In this document: piece by piece, positions 10,388-24,873 of the stretch | Numbering within the stretch: the first letter of the stretch is position 1 | How the letters are laid out: the number at the start of each line of letters is the position of its first letter | Assembly: GCF_006345805.1 (NCBI RefSeq) | Contig: NC_043008.1 | Span: 8,866,001 to 8,930,000 of the forward strand | Direction of reading: 5' to 3' | DNA length: 64,000 nt | From: Octopus sinensis | Lineage: Eukaryota | Made by a program: the position numbers and the translations under genes | Notes under the pieces: generated by a model | What the model saw: the letters and a program-made list of their open reading frames with translations, nothing else | The model's database searches: none | What the model was told of the DNA's origin: nothing

Positions 10388-11180
10388 TTATCTATATACA
10401 TATACATACACACACATATATATACATTTATGTGTGTGTCTCTGTGTATCTAAGTACGTTTATATAAATATATGTATATTATTGTATGTGTGCCTGTGCA
10501 TGCATACGTCTATAGAGATACAAAGATAGGTTGGAATATTTCCCTATATTTTCAAACAATGCATCTTCTGATTGAGTGTTCATTGAGTTTAGTTGTGTCA
10601 TTCCTTTTTCTATTGTGTTTTTTCACTAAAAATTAATCTAATACCTTTTATTCAATCAGTGAAGTATTACAGAATTATAAGAATGGTTTCAGATAATATA
10701 TTTTCATGTGTCTTTATGTGTATGAAATATTTATGTATATTACATCATTCCCAATACAATTAAAACCACGGAATATTTTAGGAACATAAGTTCACCGTTC
10801 ACGATTCTATGTGGGTTCTCCAGAAGATATTACTTGAACCAGAGATAAACCACTTTCCAGTTAACCTACAAAATAAATAATTATACAAAATATATTTGAT
10901 TATTTCGAACAGCAGTTCCTAACCAATGAGAAAATGAAGAGTTTCTCCTGTAAGGAATTTTTTTTAGGTTAAAACTTATTTTTTCCGTATGAGTACAGAT
11001 TTTGCTGGAGTCATTTTCTTTAATATTTGAGTTTTAAGGATCCTGTTTTAAAAGAAGCAAAGACTGTTAATATATACAATAAGCTGCATTGTATAAAAGA
11101 ATTAATAATTCTATCCTAGATGTGTCGGTGAAACTTGTTAAAATGGCAAAATGGATGTGCAGAAAAAAAGTAACTAACGC

Positions 11181-11658
11181 CTCTTTTACTTGTTTCAGTC
11201 ATCTGACTGTGGCCATGCTGTAGCACCGCCTTAAGTGTAGCAAATCGACCCTATGACTTATGCTTTGTAAGCCTAGTATTTATTCCATCAGTCTTTTAGC
11301 CGAACCGCTAGGTTACGAGCACGTAAACACAGCAACATCGGTTTTCAAGCGATGTTGGAGACAAACACAAACACACAAACGTATACACACACACACAAAC
11401 ACACAAACACACACACATACATATATATATTTTTTTACTTGTTTCAGTCATTTGACTGCGGCCATGCTGGAGCACCGCCTTTAGTCGAGCAAATCGACCC
11501 CGGGACTTATTCTTAGTAAGCCCAGTACTTATTCTATCGGTTTTTTTGCCGAACCCCTAAGTGACGGGGACGTAAGCACACCAGCATCGGTTGTCAAACA
11601 ATGCTAGGGGGACAAACACAGACACACAAACAGACACACAAACAGACACACATATATA

Positions 11659-11697
<39 letters not shown>

Positions 11698-11890
11698 TAT
11701 ATATAGATATATATATATACATATATACGACAGGCTTCTTTCAGTTTCCGTCTACCAAATCCACTCACAAGCCTTTGGTCGGCCCGGGGCTATAGCAGAA
11801 GACACTTGCCCAAGATGCCACGCAGTGGGACTGAACCCGGAACCATGTGGTTGGTAAGCAAGCTACGCACCACACAGCTACACCTACGCA
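11181..11890 (-). mobile_element. Two adjacent SINE family B copies (tail-only 11181-11420; full 11431-11890)
   Basis: Two CTTTTACTTGTTTCAGTCA..GCCATGCTG tails; the second continues through a (TA)n block to the tRNA-like head. Confidence 0.88.
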
Positions 11891-11894
11891 TATA

Positions 11895-11937
<43 letters not shown>

Positions 11938-12837
11938 CTATTTTTAATACATCTCTGAACGCTTCGATCTCACCTTTCTTGCAGGGAGCAAGGATAGTTT
12001 TATATTGAATTGGTCGGCCAAATTATTTCGATGATTGATGATTAATTATTAATTAAACTATATCCGGATGATCATTCTATGTATGTGATAGCAAACCTTA
12101 ATCACGTGACAGTTGCTGTGAAAACACTAAATTTACGTCTATTGAAAAATTATAACCTTGAGAAGGTTTTCAGTAGACCAAGAATATATGAATATATTAA
12201 GTGAAAATGTTTTATAGAAAATCACTGGTACTCAGGCCCAGCGACTTTATGAATATGCTGAGTATTTTCAAACATTATTAATATGTTCAGAGTTAATGCA
12301 AGTTATCATAAATCAATTAGATTTCTGTATCGTGATTATGTATCCATTTGCGTAGAAAATGTAATCTGTCATCCGACCTAACATCTCCATCTGATCCTTG
12401 AGTGCCTTTAGCGGAGCACAGTTTCTCACATAGTCCTGGCATTACGGGAAACTGAAAACAATCAAGTATCCAACGCATCCTCATGTGACTATGTTACAAA
12501 ATTTTCTGTTCCATTTGGCACGATATCTGCCATTCTATAAGATCATGAAGAATTGATCGGGGAAAAAAATAGTTTGTTCTGTACAAAAATATACAAAAAT
12601 ATGATGACATCAGAAACGGGTGGGCTTGTGTTGAGCGGAATACATGATGCAAAATTAATTTGCAATTATTCCAATTAATTTCTGTTATGTCACAAATACT
12701 CTTGGGAAATGTGTGTGTTACAACCATAACAGCTTGTTTTATTGACGCTAAGCCACGTCTTTGTAGAGACGCAAGTATCGTAATGATAATTTTAAGAAAT
12801 ATTATATAGCAATTAGGATAATGATAATAATTTTAGC

Positions 12838-13048
12838 TTCAAATTTTGGCACAAGGCCAGCAAGTTTTGGGGGAGGGCATAAGTCGATTACTTCGACGCC
12901 AGTATTCGACTACTACTTATTTTTCGACCTGGTAAGGATGAAAAGAAAATTCAACCTCGATGTAATTTGAACTCTGAACGTAAAGACGGACGAAATGCCG
13001 CTAAGCATTTTGCCCGGCATGCTAACGATTCTGCCAAGTCGCCGCCTT

Positions 13049-13082
<34 letters not shown>

Positions 13083-13278
13083 GCTTCAAATTTTGGCACA
13101 AGGCCAGCAAGTTGAGGGGAGAGGTTACACCGATTACATCGACACCAGCGCTTAACTGGTACTTATTTTATCGACCCCGAAATGGTGAGAGACAATGTCG
13201 GTCTCAGCGGAATCTGAATACCATATGTAAAGATAGGCGAAAATTCTGCTAAGCATTATGCTACTAGTTCGCCGCCTT
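12838..13278 (-). mobile_element. Two SINE family A copies (12838-13048, 13083-13278) separated by (AAT)n
   Basis: Each has GCCGCCTT at the head end and the AAATTTTGGCACAAGGCCAGCAA tail variant. Confidence 0.82.
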
Positions 13279-13329
13279 AATAACGATAATAATTTTGGCA
13301 CAAGGCCATCACGTTCAGGGGTGGGGAGT

Positions 13330-14040
13330 AAATTATATCGAGAGAGCTGACCGCATTTCTATTCTCGAAGAGTTTATCCCGAACCGGCAATGCCTTCCGG
13401 TAACTCGGCCAGGCCAAGGATTTCTACGATTTATACATAGGCTCCGTTCCCAAAAATCCTCCGGAATGGAACAACCAATTGATTCTAGTCAACGCCTAGG
13501 GTCTCTCCGGTAACGTCATCCTATTTGCCTGTTACTAACACTATAGAACGCCAGAGTTGAACTTCCAGCGACCGTATTGGCAAATGATTGGCAAATGATT
13601 ATAGCCTCCTGGTGACACACTCGGTGCCAGGTGCCATGCCTCGGTTTACACTTGATCCAGAGCTGCATTTCAGTGAAGCAGTCGAGATGTAGAAGAGCGA
13701 GACTGACAAATGGTGACTACACCCGCTTACCGTCAAGGAAGCGCTGGAGATGTCGTAGTCTCAGTGTATGTCTGCAGCCACTGTATGCTCACTATTGCAT
13801 TCAGTATGTGTTGGCAGCAAATGGAGCGTTTGACCAGTGGAACGCACCCCTTCCACAGAAAGTGGAAAATTACGTGCTCCAGTTTGTTCAAACGTAAGCC
13901 GAGGCAGGGCGGAACGGTCAGTTTGTAGTAAATGCGATTGAGGCATTCATACCTTCCATCTGATCTTTCAGAGATACCTTTTTTTCGGCCCATTTCTGGG
14001 TGAGATTGACCATTTTGATAGTTACAACGCCCCAATTCTT
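13330..14040 (-). mobile_element. Decayed Tx1/L1-clade LINE, ORF2 C-terminal part
   Basis: Minus strand IYYKLTVPPCLGLRLNKLEHVIFHFLWKGCVPLVKRSICCQH and SLAWPSYRKALPVRDKL resemble the post-RT region and the segment preceding the zinc knuckle of Tx1/L1 ORF2; frameshifted. Confidence 0.7.
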
Positions 14041-14099
14041 CACCTGGAGATCCGGACCAAACTAGACCCGAACAATTTATTAAAAGCTGCTAGAGTTAC

Positions 14100-14335
14100 A
14101 GCAAGACATAGGGAAACCAAAAACTCAAACGAAATTAAAAACCAGAAAAAGGAACAGATATTATCTGACTGGCAGTAAAAGGCGTCGCATGATAGATTCC
14201 CAAAGATATTGCAACAAATAATAGTAGTGAGAAATGGTTATGGTTGCAGAAAGGGAAGCTGTAGAGGGAAACAGAAATGTTGTTATTAGCTGCTCAAGAT
14301 CAAGCATTAAGGACTAATTGGATAAAAGCCATATA
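14100..14335 (+). mobile_element. R4/Dong-like fragment (post-RT region), different subfamily
   Basis: WLWLQKGKL*RETEMLLLAAQDQALRTNWIKAI parallels WLWMTKRDLKPETEALICAAQEQALRTNHI at ~35260-35350. Confidence 0.75.
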
Positions 14336-15309
14336 TACAAAAATCCCAGTCTGTTGTATGTATATGAAAATAATAACGATTTGAAAATAATTACTATGAT
14401 ATTAATTATCATAGCAATAATTATGAGGGTAATTATTATATTCTTATTACTTTTTTGCCACAAGGGAAGAGATAATATTACACTAGGGTTCAGTAGAATA
14501 CAATATTTAAGTATAAATCCCTCCACTAACGTAACAGCATATTGCATTATAGTTCAAAAGAGTTAAATGGTCAGTACTACTCAGTTTAATGACTGCCATT
14601 TCATAAAATACTCCTCCTTTTCAGACTACGAACTATTGAAGTTCTGTTCACAGTAGGAAAAAATACATCCAATATTGATCTCGTAACAAACCGTTTAGTT
14701 CGCCTAAAAGCATGGCTACGATTATTAGATGTCATTAGCGGGCCTTTCCCTGGCTTCTAGCACAATACATATATGTTTGATATTTCTCAATTTCCTTTCA
14801 TGGAAATTACGTGTTAAAAAATAATGCCTTAGTATTAGATTTCAGACAAAACGAGATTATTGATGAACATTTCTCTCTGTGAAATCTGTCACGATACTTA
14901 CTAATAAATGTGTCTGCAGAAATGGAAATCGGCAAAATGTAATAAAAGACAGAATAAAAATAAATGGTTGATAAAATGAAAATTAGTAAACAGAACAGAA
15001 ATCAACATTAAGTCTAGGCATTAAGTTGAATTATAACAAAAAGTTATTCTCCGTTAATTGAAACAGATAACTTTGGAATTGCAATCGCGCTAACTACTTT
15101 CCATGATGTTGCTTCTATGATAAGAATGCAGCAAAAATATAAGAACATTTAATAATGACGTGGGTTTAATGAACACAAGATTGACACCAAGAAGGGCTGT
15201 GTACAAACAAGATTTGTCGGCCATATAATCACCTTTTTTTTTAATTCTTAGACATAGAAGGAATATATAATATTGTACAAAGTGCACAACAAAGCTAGCA
15301 ACAAAACAA

Positions 15310-15408
<99 letters not shown>

Positions 15409-15517
15409 TAAAAATAAAAATAATAATAATAACAGTGTTACAAGCTGCATTAATTAATTCAGCAGTGGCTAATATGGGATTATTATAAATTGCCAGTGAA
15501 CAACGGTATTGTAAAAA

Positions 15518-15835
15518 TGCGTGGCTTAGTAGTTAGGAGGTATTCGGTATGCGATCCTAAGTTCTTGAGTTCGATCCCTGGAGGTGCGGTTTGTCTTGGA
15601 GCAACACACTTTATTTCACATTGCTCCAGTTCACTGAGCTAACAACAGTGAGTTACACCTGTATTTCAAAGGGTTAACTTTGTCACGTTCTGTGTCACGC
15701 TGAATCTCCCTGAGAACTACGTTAAGGGTACACGTGACTGTGGAGTGCTCAGCCAATTGCAAGTTAATTTCACGAGCAAGCTGTTTCGTTGGTCAGATCA
15801 ACTACAATACTCATCGTCGTAACCGACGGAGTGTC
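15518..15835 (+). mobile_element. tRNA-derived SINE family D, full length
   Basis: GCGTGGCTTAGTAGTTAGG..GAGTTCGATCCC head, CTTGGAGCAACACACTTTATTTCAC body, CGTCGTAACCGACGGAGTG tail; homologous to 54577-54897. Confidence 0.88.
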
Positions 15836-16302
15836 TATTACAATTTATGTGATGATCAAGCATTTTTCTCTATTTCCTAACCGCAAACGGCTTTAAATTT
15901 TGGAGGAGAAAGTTAGTTGATTACATCGAACCAATACTTGACTGCTACTTACTTTATCAACTCCGAAGAGATGAAAGGCAAAGACGACCTCGGTGGAATT
16001 CGAACTCAGATCATAAAACCGAAAATGATTTTGCCACTCCGCTGCCTTTTTGTTGTTCTTGAATTATTAAACAAATATTTTCTTCGTCAGATCAGTAGAG
16101 ATACTTCTCTCTCGGATCGAAACCTTTTCTCCAAGCTAAACACGTCAACTAGTCTTGTTTATAAGTTGCACAGAGAGAAACTATCAACGTTCGTTATTTT
16201 ATCGCCGTTCTTTCAAAAAATATAACTGCCTCTAGTGAGTTTTGAACTCAGGATATAACCAGAACGTAAGTGAATAAAGTCAGAAATTTAAATTCAACAA
16301 GT

Positions 16303-16635
16303 TGAAGAAGAAAGAGAAGAAGAAGAAGAAGAAGAAGAAGAAGAAGAAGAAGGGGGTGGAGGAGGAGGGGAGGAGAAGAAGAAGAAGAAGAAGAAGAAGA
16401 AGAAGGGAGAAGAAGAAGAAGAAAAAGAAGAAGAAGAAAAAGAAGAGGAAGAAAATAATTGAATGAAGTCAGAAATTTAATTCAAGAATGGAGGAGATGG
16501 TGTGAGGAGGAGAGGATGGAGGAGAGGAAAAAGAATAAGAGAAAGAAGATAAAGAGGGAAGAAGAGAAGAAGAAGAGAAGAAGAAAATAATTGAATGAAG
16601 TCAGAAATTTAATTCAAGAATGGAGGAGATGGTGG
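16303..16635. repeat. (GAA)n/purine tract with ~132-bp direct repeat abutting assembly gap
   Basis: GAAAATAATTGAATGAAGTCAGAAATTTAATTCAAGAATGGAGGAGATGGTG occurs at ~16451 and ~16583. Confidence 0.85.
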
Positions 16636-16735
16636 NNNNNNNNNNNNNNNNNNNNNNNNNNNNNNNNNNNNNNNNNNNNNNNNNNNNNNNNNNNNNNNNN
16701 NNNNNNNNNNNNNNNNNNNNNNNNNNNNNNNNNNN
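16636..16735. other. Assembly gap (100 N)
   Basis: Run of exactly 100 N, typical of a placeholder for a gap of unknown size. Confidence 1.
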
Positions 16736-17635
16736 TTATATATATATATATATATATATATAACTATATGCGTATATATACATATATGTGTGAGAGATTA
16801 CTGTTTCTGTAATTATCAAATGTCTCGACGTACAGCAGAATACTCCGAATTTTCAGTTTTTAAATTTCACACAAGAATTAATCCTCCGATTTGCTTTGCT
16901 AATCAAAATACTTTCTTTAGATCAGTGATTTAAAGTTAAGTTTATTTTGAATATTATTTTAAAGGGTCTCCACAGAACGAAGCCCTTCATTTCATGTAGT
17001 GGTAAAACCATTGATTCTTCATGTACCTGATATTACTCCTTGTCGTAAAAGACAGTGATTTTAATTTAGACCTTCATTTAAAATATGCTACACACAAGGC
17101 TTATCTCAATCTGCCCTCCCTAAAGTGGATGCAGGCTGGATACAAGTAACAAGGTTACATACATTTATATATATATATGTGTGCGCGAGTGCCTGGGTAT
17201 GGGGTATGTAGTATATGTAACATATACATACATACTTATATATATTATATATACATTATATTATATATATTATATATATATATATATATCTATATATATG
17301 ATATATATATAATGGTATATTATATTTATATATATATATGTATATTATATATATATAGGGTGTACCGGTGCACAGCTGGTGCTGGATCATATATGTATTT
17401 TTTAAAAATTATTTATAATAATTTATGTGAGAGTATGATATGGAAAACTCAGCCATTACAGCTGTTACCATTGCACAGATCGATTCTTATTTTGTAAATT
17501 ACTACACACAAACACACCTCCCACGCCATCCCCGCACTCGCACACTTACCATATACGCACCCATATGCAGATATATATGTGTATGTCTATATACTTATGT
17601 ATATGTTATATGTATGTGTATATATATATATATAG

Positions 17636-17731
17636 ATATTAATAGATAGATAGATAATAGATAGATAATAGATAGATAGATAGATAGATGATAGATAGAT
17701 TGATGATAGATAGATATATAATAGATAGATA

Positions 17732-17781
<50 letters not shown>

Positions 17782-17802
17782 GAGAGAATAGATTGATAGA
17801 TA

Positions 17803-17844
<42 letters not shown>

Positions 17845-17852
17845 CGATAGAT

Positions 17853-17883
<31 letters not shown>

Positions 17884-17921
17884 GGACGGATGGATGGATG
17901 GATAGACAGACAGACAGACAT

Positions 17922-17967
<46 letters not shown>

Positions 17968-18040
17968 TGATAGATAGATAGATAGATAGATAGATAGAAA
18001 GATTGATATTTGTTCTAAAATTGCGAATAAGCTACCGTTA

Positions 18041-18096
<56 letters not shown>

Positions 18097-18135
18097 TGTG
18101 TGTGTGTGTGTGTGCGAGAGACAGACAGAGAGAGA
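17636..18135. repeat. Compound (GATA)n/(GACA)n/(TA)n/(GA)n/(GT)n microsatellite
   Basis: Direct reading of the sequence. Confidence 0.97.
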
Positions 18136-18737
18136 GAGTGTTTGTGTCAGTGTCTTTGTGCATGTGTGTGCTTGTATTTCTACCGTTATATTAGTGTGTA
18201 TACAATCATATATACAATACATATGCATACATACGCATATTTACATACACACAATATTTATATATATACATTTATGTATGTATATACATATATATATATA
18301 CACATATATAAGACGGGAAGTAAGAAATGATAACACCTCTTTATTAATGTCACTCTGCCTTCTGCGCTCGTGTCCTTATAGATGGTAGCATTGTGGTCAC
18401 GTGATCGAAGTTTGGGTCTGATTGCCCCAATTTAGGATCATTGCTCTTTGACCTTTTCTGGTGCGCATTGCTACTGATGTGGCCATGCTTATACTGTAAA
18501 GCCAAAGGGAAAATGGCTAGATCAAACTCAAACTTCGGTCACATGACCGAAATAGTACCAGTTATGAGCACGCATGAAAAGAACGCTGTGTGACAATAAT
18601 AAGATATGGGACGACGAAAGACCGGATAACTTTTTTACTTCTTTTCGTATATATATGCATATACATGGTGGTGGTGATGGTGGTGGAGGTGGTATTCGTA
18701 ACGGTGATGGTGGTGTTGGTGGTCTTGACAAAAAAGA

Positions 18738-18927
18738 CGAAGAAGAAGAAGAAGAAGAAGAAGAAGAAGAAGAAGAGGAGGAGGAGGAAGAAGAAGAAGA
18801 AGAATTGAAGAAGAAGAAGAAGAAGAAGAAGAAGAAGAAGAAGAAGAAGAAGAAGAAGAAGAAGAAGAAGAAGAAGAAGAAGAAGAAGAAGAAGAAGAAG
18901 AAGAAGAAGAAGAAGAAGAAGAAGAAA
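18738..18927. repeat. (GAA)n microsatellite
   Basis: About 60 GAA/GAG units; source of the poly-E/K/F ORFs. Confidence 0.98.
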
Positions 18928-19384
18928 TGATGTAACACAGCGCTGAAGGTACTCGGAATTAAACGTGCTCTGGAAAATGTGGAAAATAGGGAAATATCAA
19001 AATGACGAGACTCGTATCTAACTTGAATATTAACGTATATTTACTTAAGGAGGGCACAAAAATTACACTTCCAATAAACATTAGGAGGAATATATATAGA
19101 TGTGTGTGTGTGAGTGCGTGTGTGTATGTGTGTGTGTTCACGCATGTATGAAGCGGAATTAAAGCGAGAAGCAGTGAAGTGTATAAATGAAAATTTGTTG
19201 CTATTTCAGATATGCTTGGGGCATATCCGAACCAGTAAGAAAGCTATTCGCTGTATTTTGGCATGAAGAAGGTTTCTCGCTGTACATAGTTGTATGTATG
19301 TATGTTTGTATGTATGTATGTAGGTAGGTATGTAGGTAGGTATGTAGGTAGGTATGTAGGTATGTAGGTGACTTGGTCCATTAG

Positions 19385-20335
19385 TTTCGTGTCCCTAAAA
19401 TAATTGAAGCCTTCTCAAACTTTAAGTTGATCTCGGAAGCTAGAGATCCGCCCATGGTTTTAGATCTACAATGAAACACAAAAGAACCAATTTCATCAGC
19501 TGTAGTTTCTTGGTCAAATATATTTGGCGCAAGAGTAAACACGACCTTAGATTTTTGCGGTCTTGTAAGTTCAAAAACAGTAAAAGTCACTGGAGGAGAG
19601 ATTTGTTATCTTTTGTGTGTCTCGTACATAAAGAGACACAAGGCCACAATCTTTCGCACATAGCAGATCACGAACAGTCATTATAAATATCTTTGATTTA
19701 GCTTTGAAATAATTCAGATTAAAGAGTGTACTTGTTATGTGATGGCGGACAGCTACGTCTAGATTACAGTTCTTAAATTCGTGAGCAATTATTACTGCAA
19801 AGTATAGGGAGAATAAATTTTGTGCAGGCATACACACCCGTTTAAAATTATTGTCCACTAAAATTGGATTCGACAGGGCTCTAATCGAGTTGAAGGAGGT
19901 CTTCTTATTAATGTGTTGCCGCTTATACATATCAGAAAACTTGATTAGAGCCCTGTTGATCGAGAGTAATCTCCACACAGTATTTCTACTCACTTTGTCA
20001 AAAGGTTTTCGGTACCTCAACGAAAACTTGGTAAAGTGAGATTCCTCGCTATAAACCCTTCTCCCACAGCTGGCACTTAAAAGTAACATGTTGAGTCTAC
20101 CTGATATAAATCACTTTGAGTTAGACTCTGGGACATTGATGGAGAATTTGCATGTCTGCAGATGATTCAATAAAAGTTGGACGAGTGCCTTACGACCAGG
20201 TGAAATTAAGGAAATACCATGAACTTGATATATTTTCTCTTGTCCACTAAAATTGTCATAGCATCTTTCAGTTCTGTGAAACTGGTGAGCAATTACATGC
20301 ATTGACAATTTCTGTCGTCATTAGATCTCCTACAT
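19385..20335 (-). mobile_element. Decayed RTE (BovB-like) LINE, RT domain
   Basis: Minus strand VPESNSK (PESQCGF-like), FDKVSRNTVWRLL, KRVCMPAQNLFSLYF (QGCVLAPTLF-like), LFNLNYFKAKSK..VRDLLCAKDCGL (LLYADD-like), INLKFEKAS; the LFNL..L.AKTK signature is RTE/BovB-type. Confidence 0.8.
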
Positions 20336-22073
20336 CAATATACCATGCTTAATAATCTTACCTGATATACTTCTAATGCTTGATGTTTTTCCTAGGTTGG
20401 TCTGTGGATTTTATCTGTTTGGCTGCCAGCGTCAATTTTCTGTTCGAATTTCATATTCAGTGTAATGATACACTTTTATAGGCTAATTAATGACAAGAAA
20501 TTAATTTTCGCTGTAAATCAATAAATAGTTATTAGTAATTAAAGTTTGAAACTTTTGGTAATTTTAGCCAATCGTAAACCACAGAAACATTCATGGCTGT
20601 TTCGATAGTAAGGAACGGAACATAAGAACTCTTTTGCCAATTGCCATAGTAGAAGACTTTGAAAAGTATTTTATCTGCGAAGAATCACGCGTTGACAAAT
20701 TCGAGGCCGTCTTCTGTGGGATTATGGCAGCAAGCTTCGGGAACTTTGCTTCTGTTATGGAAAAATTGAAAACAGGAGGATATTGTGTCGTACCTTCAAG
20801 AAAGGGTGTTATACCCGAAGGAAAATTATGTAAAAGGAGGCATGTTATGAGTACGAAGACGTGGTGGGAACATGTACTGGCGATGATCCCTGATTAAATA
20901 TTTGCTTTTAAGCATATTTTAAATTGTAATTAAATATATTTAAATTGTAATGTGTTTATTGCACGTAACGTGTTGTTCATCGCATTTGCATTAAATGTAT
21001 ATTGAATGCTTAAATGCTTCTTTACTCGTTTCTTTTTGCCATTGAGCATTGAGGTGGTTGTGAGATGTGCTAAAAATAACAGCTAAATAAGATTTTTTGG
21101 ATAAATCTTTTAAATGAAAATAAACATTTATTTACATGAAAGAAAATTACCGGAGGCATAACACGTGTTGCTTAAAATATTAACATCACGTGCTATTTTA
21201 AGGACGTTGACGACAAAATGTGCAGCCACGCACAAAATGACAGCTTGATGACAAAATGACAAAATGATCGAAATTTAAACCTCTATAACTTTTTAAAAAC
21301 ATTTTTCTGGAAAACATGAAATAACCCCAGCAATTTAGTTTGGGCAAGTGCATTATTGGGCTAAATTCGGTAACCTTTAATCGTCGTTCGAAAGGAGAGG
21401 AATACTATTAGATTGGCGAGGACGAAGTGTTTATTCTTAAAAGCTGTACATTGTTTTGGTTTCCGGTTGAGTATTTGTTCATACAGTCAATCACCAGACA
21501 TCTTTCATTATCTTCTGCTTACTCTACAGACTTGATTTGTAGCACTTTCAGTTAATCTGAAATTGCGAATTTCTACTTGAAACACATATACTTGCGAGTT
21601 ATTTTCACCAAAACAATCTTAATGTTTGCGTGCCATGAAGCTCAAAATATTAGCAGGAGTGGCAAACACGTTTTATTTTGAGCTTAGCTATGGAATATCA
21701 GGTGATAAGTCTGCTAATATTTCATGAACAAGAGGAGATATTACTGGATATCAACGATTCTCAACATCTAGTCTTTGAAACCAGATTCAACTTTGCTCGT
21801 AACTGGTAGAAATCTAAGACGTAGCCCCTAGCAAAACGTTAGCATTGGTGAGGTCACGGATATACACACAAATATACAGATATATATGCAGGGTGTGGGT
21901 GCGTGTATGCATGAATGGATGTGTAATATATAATCTGTGTGTACGTAAAAGAATTTAGTTAATGCATAATCACACACACATACACGCGTACACAAAAAAA
22001 ACATTACACACAAGCGAACATGCATATATATAAATACCTAAATACATACGTGCATATATATTTATGTGTGTGT

Positions 22074-22483
22074 GTGTGTGGTAAATAGCTTGCTTAACAA
22101 CCACATGGTTCTGGGTTTAGTCCCACTGCGTGACACCTTGGGTAAGTGTCTTCTACTATAGCCTCAGACCGACCAATGTCTTGTGAGTGTATTTCGTAGA
22201 AGTAAACTAAAAGTGCACGTCGTATATATATATATATAATATACATGTGTGTGTGTGTGTGTGTGTGTTTGTGTATCTGTGCCCCAACATCGCTTGACAA
22301 CCGACGGTGGTGTGTTTAGGTCTCTGTAACATAGCGGTTCGGCAAAAGAGACCGATAAAATAAGTACTAGGCTTACAAAGAATAAGTGCTGGGGTTGATT
22401 TGCTCGACTAAAGGCGGTGCTCCAGCATGGCCGCAGGCAAATGACTGAAACCAGTAAAAGAGTAAAAGGGTGAAGAGTAAGAG
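22074..22483 (+). mobile_element. SINE family B, nearly full length
   Basis: GTGTGGTAAATAGCTTGC..GGGTTTAGTCCCACTGCG head, (TA)(TG) block, GGCGGTGCTCCAGCATGGCCGCAG tail. Confidence 0.9.
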
Positions 22484-22507
22484 TATATATATACATATAT
22501 ATATATA

Positions 22508-22557
<50 letters not shown>

Positions 22558-22932
22558 TACATATATTTATATGTATACATATGTATGTATGTGTATATGT
22601 ATACATACACGGATATAATGTATATTGTGTGTATGTACATACCTATATGTAGGCATTCCTGTATAATTTATATAGTTTTTTATATACTTTTTGATAACCC
22701 CCATTACCTCATCTTCCCATTCCCCAACCCATATATCCAGCTTCTGTTATCTATTCTCTTTCTTACTGGTATCACATTGGCAGCTTCTCTCCACTTTATA
22801 AAATTTAAATATATCTTCAAAACTATACAATTTCATGCCACGCCCCTCTCCTTGCCCGCCAGTATTTCTGAATGCTACCTATATTCTGTCTCTCGCTGTC
22901 TCTTCTTCACTCTCTCTCTCACTCTCTGTCTG

Positions 22933-22964
<32 letters not shown>

Positions 22965-23149
22965 CTCTCTCTTGATATATATATATATATAGTATATATC
23001 TATATATATATAATATATATATATATATATAGATATATATATTATCAGTCTGTAAAACTATACTTCTATACTTTTTCTTATTTTCTCATTTTATTCCCTG
23101 TTGTGTTTTTCTACCGTTCAATTTCAAATTAATATATTAAATATTATTA

Positions 23150-23355
23150 ACGTGGTGAGCTGAAAGAATTGTGAGCACGCTGACTAAAATGCTTTGCACC
23201 ATTTTCGCCCATCTTTAGGTTCTGATTTCAAATTCCACCCAAGTCGATTTTACGTATCGTTGTTTAGGGATCGATAAAATAAGTACCAGTTGATTACTGA
23301 GGTCGATATATTCGATTTATCACCTCCGAAATTGCTGGTCTTGAGCCAAAATTGA
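23150..23355 (+). mobile_element. SINE family A, old diverged copy
   Basis: GTGAGCTG..TTCAAATTCCACC..GATCGATAAAATAAGTACCAGTTG..AAATTGCTGGTCTTGAGCCAAAAT. Confidence 0.7.
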
Positions 23356-24054
23356 ATCCAGTATTACAAACCAGTGAAACAGTCTCTACGTAAATGCTCG
23401 TCCTGCTAGAAACAGCAACTATATTCCTCTCAAAAAAGGGAATGGAGTCATAGATATGTAATATACATCTATGACGTTACAGTCAGAGATATAATATGTA
23501 CTGAATTTGAACTAGATTCACCTTGAACACAGCACCATCGTGTCCTTTTTTTGAATTTTTACGTTCCTAAAAGGTTTACTGTCAGAAATTTTTTATCCAA
23601 TCTATGTTTTTATTCAGAAATATTGCAAAATACTGCTTTATATGAACCGGGTCATGAAGCAGCATATAGGTGGTAGCTTAATGTGTTAAAAATAGCAATC
23701 ATTTGTCTTCAAATCATAATCTAATGTCTAATAATAAACAAAAAAGTTTCGATAAGCACAAGTTTATATTACTTATTCGTAAGCACATTAGTTCTCTGTG
23801 GCATAATGCAATAAACTGCTCCTTGATGATTCGTTGTGGCTAAGTATCCATTACATTTAGAACATCCGGTACAAACTTCAAAACAAGTAGAATAGGGAAT
23901 TTACGTAGGGATAAATAATATAGAATTATGTTTATCGTAATATCTCCCACATCTACTCTGTATATCATGCCTAGTAATGCTACTGAGTATTGCACTTGCT
24001 TATCCACTATACTGGAAACAGACTGGACAGTTATAATGTACATGTGCATTCCAG

Positions 24055-24592
24055 ACGTTTTGAAACTTTCGCACAAGAAACATCTATTAATTTCAAAGAA
24101 GTGCAAATCTCTAATCTCCTTCAAAATCGAATCTTTTGACTTCAATCCACCTGTAGCGTCCCAGCCAATTCGTGAAGGCCACATGGAAGACCTCTAAGAT
24201 GAAGGTCTCCAGACCCTTGCCACAGCCGCCTTCATCTTCTCAATGCCTTCAAAAGATTGTGCTTGGGGTTATTTGAGAACAGCCGAAAGTTACAGGGTGC
24301 AAGGTTTCTGTAGGGAGAGGGACAGTTTTTTTTGTCTTTTTTTATGCCCACCTTTATCAAGTAGATCGTTATTAGGATGGAATTTTGAACTGGTGCATTG
24401 TCCTGGGTCCGGTGTTACCGACCCAAATGGAAGAGTTCTCACCTTTTGAGTCGAAATCTCTACCTGAACTTGCTTAATACCTCCACAAAATAATTTTTGT
24501 TGATCGTCTGGCCAGAAGGGACCCGGGGCATCACCTTCAACAATTTTAGTAGAACGAATCGATCCCAACATTTAATTTTTTTAAGCCTGATA
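24055..24592 (-). mobile_element. Mariner transposase relic (C-terminal DDD half)
   Basis: Minus strand VPSGQTINKNYFVEVLSKFR..QDNAPVQNSILIT.YL.KVGIK..PCTL..EKMKAAV, i.e. HQDNAP and a decayed YSPDLAPCD region of mariner transposases. Confidence 0.8.
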
Positions 24593-24594
24593 CT

Positions 24595-24873
24595 TGCCGA
24601 ACCACTAGGGTATGGGCACGGAAACACAACACTGGTTGTCAAGCGGTAGCAGGGGTAAAAATACAGACAAACTCACACACACAAACACATACACACACAC
24701 AAACGCACACACATATACATACACACACGATGCGCTTCTATCAGCATCCGTCTACGAGACCCACTCACAAGTTTTTGGTTTCCCCCAGGACATAGTAGAA
24801 GTCATTTAACCAATGTGCCACGCATTGAGACTGAACCCGGAACCGTGTGGTTAGAAAGTAAACTTCTTACCAC
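24595..24873 (-). mobile_element. SINE family B, tail-truncated
   Basis: GTGCCACGCATTGAGACTGAACCCGGAACCGTGTGGTTAGAAAGTAAACTTCTTACCACAC is the reverse complement of the B head. Confidence 0.8.
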
